Assembly: GCA_002269645.1 (NCBI GenBank)
Contig: NIVC01001528.1
Coordinates: forward strand, 1 to 64,000
Length of the DNA: 64,000 nt
Source: Macrostomum lignano
Lineage: Eukaryota
Direction: 5' to 3'
In this document: piece by piece, positions 59,616 through 64,000 of the stretch
Layout of the letters: the number at the start of each line of letters is the position of its first letter
Position numbering within the stretch: the stretch's first letter is position 1
The notes under the pieces: generated by a model
Database searches by the model: none
What the model saw: only the letters and a program-made list of their open reading frames with translations
Told to the model about the DNA's origin: nothing
Position numbers and translations under genes: made by a program

Positions 59616-60381
59616 TTACTCAGTGTACAGCTTCACCCAGACCCACTGGGCCTCGCTGGCGACCTCGCTGGGCACAGCGGCGAATCTCAGGAGGCGGCAC
59701 ATCCGGCTGGACTGCACGAAGGCGCAGGCGAGGCAGTCCGGGCTTCGGTGGCAGGCGGCGAGACACTCGAAGGCCACCGTGGCCTCCTGGCTCCAGTAGG
59801 TGCTGTTCTCTGGCTGTCCGGGCGCGGTGGTGAGCATCGACTTGGTTGAGGCCACGCGCTTGAAGAGGCCGGTCTCTGAGCAGCAGCACAAATGCAGAAA
59901 AATGTAGATGCAGGAATTGTTAGCCAAAAGACCCGAAAATGTTCTTACCGGGCGCATAGATGTTCTCATAAATGGAGTTTCTACTTTGACCGCCGCACTT
60001 CTGGCTGCTGTTTCCAGTGCAGTCTTCGTTACACTCAGAATCTGATGAAGCGGCTCCGTGCAGTCCGTAGCTGTTGCCGCAGAAGCAGAAGCCTTGCGCC
60101 TGCATACTAAAGTAGCGAAATCTGCCCAGGGCGCAGAGGCTGCTGCAGCTCTCGATGGTGACGGTGTATCCATTGAAAAAGTAGGCGAACTCAATCTTAT
60201 CAGTGAAAGGCCCAATGGTCTTCAACCCAGTCAGGCCTTTCAAATCTCTGTTGCTGTTGTCACCATCAACAAAGCAGCCGATGTATCCGTGATGCAGCAC
60301 ACTTGGCTGACTCATCGCAACCAGGAACAGCAGGGCCAGAGGCACGGATAGGAGGACAGTCAGGTGCACGGAGCGCTGCAT
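59616..60381 (-). CDS. Secreted WSC + PAN/apple-like protein, copy 8, 230 aa; complement(join(59616..59875,59949..60381))
   Basis: Close paralogue of copies 1/3/4 in inverted orientation; 73-bp phase-1 intron; frame intact, ends WVWVKLYTE. Confidence 0.9.
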
Positions 60382-60634
60382 GCTGGCGCACTGGCGGTTA
60401 CAGCAAGCTGGATGAAGACTGAAGGCTGCTGGACACCCTTTGACTAGATTTGCAGGCAAGCCAAGAGACCAAGCCAAGACCTCTTAGGCGGATGCGTATT
60501 ATATACAAAATTCGCCGCAATAAACAATGGCATGAATGAATGAAATTCATGCAGATGCAATTTCATTGGTTGCTGCGACTCGCGGGCCTAGTGGCAAAAG
60601 TTCTCTTGGGCAGACTGGCGAGCAGTTCAGACAG

Positions 60635-60648
60635 GTTGCCATGGTAAC
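60635..60648. promoter_or_regulatory. RFX X-box (GTTGCCATGGTAAC) upstream of copy 8
   Basis: Reverse complement of the copy 1/3 motif, ~255 bp before the ATG. Confidence 0.65.
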
Positions 60649-62027
60649 CAGCAAAACACAAGCAGCTCAGCTCCCCCTTTGTCCATCTTGACCATGCAGC
60701 AGAGAGACAAGAAACAAAGCTCGCTTTGTCTCGCTTGATTGACACGGCTGACAGTTTTTCTCAGCCTCCCTAGGTAAGGTGGTTTAATCTCCATACAGTC
60801 ATGCGGCTTGCCCACAGACCTGTATCTGCACTCCCACAGGGCAGGATGAATGACACGGCTATGGCAATTTCCTGAATCTGCACGGATCGCCTTGAGGAAG
60901 TGGATCCGAGGCGCGCGCGAAGAACTGCTGCGGAGTTCTCTCCACGGCTGCTTCTCCTAGTAGCAGCTTTCTTCTGCTTCGCACAGCAACGCGGGTGGTC
61001 GCGCGATTTCTCCAGCGCTGGAGGAAGCGCTGCCGCTCCGAGCAACCCCAGGGAGGTCATTGTTAAGCTACACAAAACCAAGTGAAGCTACGGATGGCAG
61101 CTAATACAAAAAATTGAAACAAAAGACAGCAGCAAGAATGCATGGCATGCCTTGTCAGAGAACTTCTAAAAAGATTTTAGCACACATCATCAGCCTTCTT
61201 AATTTACTGAGCAGCTGTCAACAAAGCAGTCATAGCTTCGATCTTGGGTACTGTAAAATGGAAAAAGCGCTACATAATGAAGAGTGCGAGTTGAGCATGA
61301 TCGAGCATTTTACTAATGCACTGATGGTCCTCCGAAACATTCAAACTGATGGACACCTGAAGCATCTCATTCACCAGATGAAAACAGTAACCTTGACCAA
61401 GAAGCGTCTCAGGGTCATTTGCGTCGCCCCGGAATCGTTGCAGGGACACAGGTAAAATAGGAAAGTGACTCAAGACGACTCTCAAACGATGAGATGTCAC
61501 AGTACAAGTCGCCATAAAAAATCGCCTTATAGTTAATTTGAGGCATTGTCTGCAACTCTGAATTCTGAAACGATTATGGGGCGCTTCTACATGTATAATG
61601 ACTCTGGGGCCATGGAGTCGTACCTGATAAATACTAGAGTCCGAGTAGAGCCACTGAGTTGCGTCAAAAGTGCATCTGCATCGCTTTATGAATCAGAATC
61701 GCATTTTGCATTTATATAACAAATTCGCTATTCAGTCAATTTGGGTTAGAAAAAATTAAGCGCTCTTGGACGATTTTTTCGCGAACTGTTACGATTCTGA
61801 AACTCAGATGATGCGTCCATGACTCAACAGTCGCATCTCCGTTCCATTTACAGTCGGTTGAGTCGTTAAATAATTAATAATAATAATAATAAACAGTCAT
61901 AAGAGTCGTCCCAGAGTCGCCAGAGCCACTAGTGAACTGTTGGCAAAGATTCTTTTAGCGAATCTTTTCACGGTAACGTTTTCAACTGGTTAACCCGACA
62001 GACACCCGAAACATCCCACTCGAATTC

Positions 62028-62895
62028 AACCCCATGGACACCTGAAACATTCCATGCAACCTAATGGACACCTGAAACATTCCATGCAACCTAATGGACA
62101 CCTGAAACATTCCATGCAACCTAATGACCTAATGGACACCTGAAACATTCCATGCAACCTAATGACCTAATGGACACCTGAAACATTCCATGCAACCTAA
62201 TGGACACCTGAAACATTCCATGCAACCATATGGACACCTGAAACATTCCATGCAACCATATGGACACCTGAAACATTCCATGCAACCATATGGACACCTG
62301 AAACATTCCATGCAACCATATGGACACCTGAAACATTCCATGCAACCATATGGACACCTGAAACATTCCATGCAACCATATGGACACCTGAAACATTCCA
62401 TGCAACCATATGGACACCTGAAACATTCCATGCAACCATATGGACACCTGAAACATTCCATGCAACCATATGGACACCTGAAACATTCCATGCAACCAAA
62501 TGGACACCTGAAACATTCCATGCAATCTAATGGACACCTGAAACATTCCATTTAATCTAATGGACACCTGAAACATTCCATGCAATCTAATGGACACCTG
62601 AAACATTCCATGCAATCTAATGAACACCTGAAACATTCCATGCAAGCTAATGAACACCTGAAACATCCCATGTAACCCAATGGACACCTGAAACATCCTA
62701 TGCAACCAAATGGACACCTGAAACATCTCATGTAACCCAATGGACACCTGAAAAATCCCATGCAACCAATGGACACTTAAAACATCCCATGTAACCCAAT
62801 GGACACCTGAAACATCCCATGCAACCAATGGACACTTAAAACATCCCATGTAACCCAATGGACACCTGAAACATCCCATGCAACCCAATGGACAC
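62028..62895. repeat. 30-bp minisatellite (atggacacctgaaacattccatgcaaccat), ~29 copies
   Basis: Tandem array with a homogeneous core and diverging ends. Confidence 0.95.
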
Positions 62896-63789
62896 CTTAA
62901 ACAGAAACTAAAGCAACAATAACAATAAATATTAATGATTGAATAGCGAAAACAATTCGAAAATACGTATTTTGTCAGTTGGTTAAAAGATAGCCAAGTA
63001 TTTTGTGTTAGCTCGATATAACACAATTTAACCAAAAATCTTGCTGATTGGGCAAAAATCCTCATAATGGAACGTTGAAATTGAAATGGACAAGCAGAGC
63101 AGCAGACATACCAATAAATGTATTAACATCAAATTCTCGAAGGCATTGCCATGCAGCTATTCTTTCATATTTAACTTGGCCAAAAAGCAGCTCTAAGGAC
63201 TAATGGGAGACCAGTTTCTGTAACAGAATTTTAATATAAAAACTACAACAATAAGGCAAGATGCGTACACGGTACTATAAGTAGGCTACTCAATAAACAT
63301 GCAGAGAGTTTATAAATTGACAGAAAAAACAAACAAGTGAATGTTGATTGCTAGCTAAGTAAAACAAAGCCTATCACGCGGTGCATTCGTGACGAATTAT
63401 AACAATAAAGTCTACTATGCATAATAATTATGGCAAAATGGGGAAAAATTTGTATTAAATAAAAATTTCTAGCGCTCATTAAAAAAACTGCAAGCGTCAT
63501 TGATAATCAGAAGACACTGCGCGAGTTCAACCGGTGCATGATCACGGAGCCTAATGAAACAGTTCATATGGACTAAAAATAGCAGAAAACGCGGAAGAAG
63601 AAAACTAAAGGAAACACAGGAATCTGGCTGCGCGACTGATAAATATCTGCTGACAGGCACTGGAGGCGAGTTGAGGAGTGGCTGCGGTTGCACTGGCCGA
63701 GACAACTGAATTCTGATGCACGAATATAACGAATGAGGAGTCTGAGGGCGGGAGGCAAGGGGACTGACGGGATCTTGAGTGCATTAAGA

Positions 63790-64000
63790 GAAGAGAGGAG
63801 AGGAGAGGAGAGGAGAGGAGAGGAGAAGGGAGACAGAGAGTGAGTGGAAGAGGGAGAAGGAGAGGGTGGAGAGGAAGGAGAGGGTGTAGAGGGTGGAGAG
63901 GGCGTAGAGGGTGAAGAGGGTGAAGAGGAAGGAGAGGGTGGAGAGGGTGAAGAGGAAGGAGAGGGTGAAGAGGAAGGAGAGGGTGAAGAAGAAGGAGAAG
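63790..64000. repeat. GA-rich low-complexity repeat running off the window
   Basis: (gagag)n followed by ggagagggtgaagaggaa-type units. Confidence 0.85.

Noticed and set aside
61724-63074. Short inverted matches flanking the 30-bp array as possible TIRs
   Set aside because: The two short pairs are interleaved rather than nested and are only 10-15 bp long.

Overview
Eukaryotic (invertebrate) genomic DNA. It has GC-rich exons, GT-AG introns that are mostly about 70-100 bp, and very dense minisatellites and decayed transposons; the style suggests a free-living flatworm such as Macrostomum (inference only). No prokaryotic features or CRISPR arrays were seen. Hand-spliced genes: (1) a 5-exon ankyrin-repeat + STE11/MAP3K19-like kinase (15.7-19.6 kb); (2) a 2-exon protein with a divergent C-terminal SUMO-like fold (21.1-22.3 kb); (3) the main feature, a cluster of eight 2-exon genes (24-60 kb; six on +, two on -). 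Each encodes a ~220-230 aa secreted protein with signal peptide + WSC domain + PAN/apple-like module, except copy 3, which is truncated to 178 aa. All eight have a phase-1 intron at the domain border. The WSC exons range from near-identical to very divergent. The 3' half of the PAN exon is almost identical at DNA level even between otherwise distant paralogues, suggesting a variable head / homogenised tail organisation. Five copies have RFX X-box motifs upstream. Mobile DNA includes a Tc1 pseudogene, two tRNA-derived SINE families, a Ngaro/DIRS-like relic, a Crypton-like tyrosine-recombinase relic with nested inverted repeats inside an intron, an internally deleted LTR element with a tRNA-Leu PBS and 4-bp TSD, and a 686-bp insertion with a 15-bp TSD. 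Paralogue comparison shows two satellite arrays that expanded from near-single units. Most long ORFs in the supplied track are artefacts of tandem repeats.
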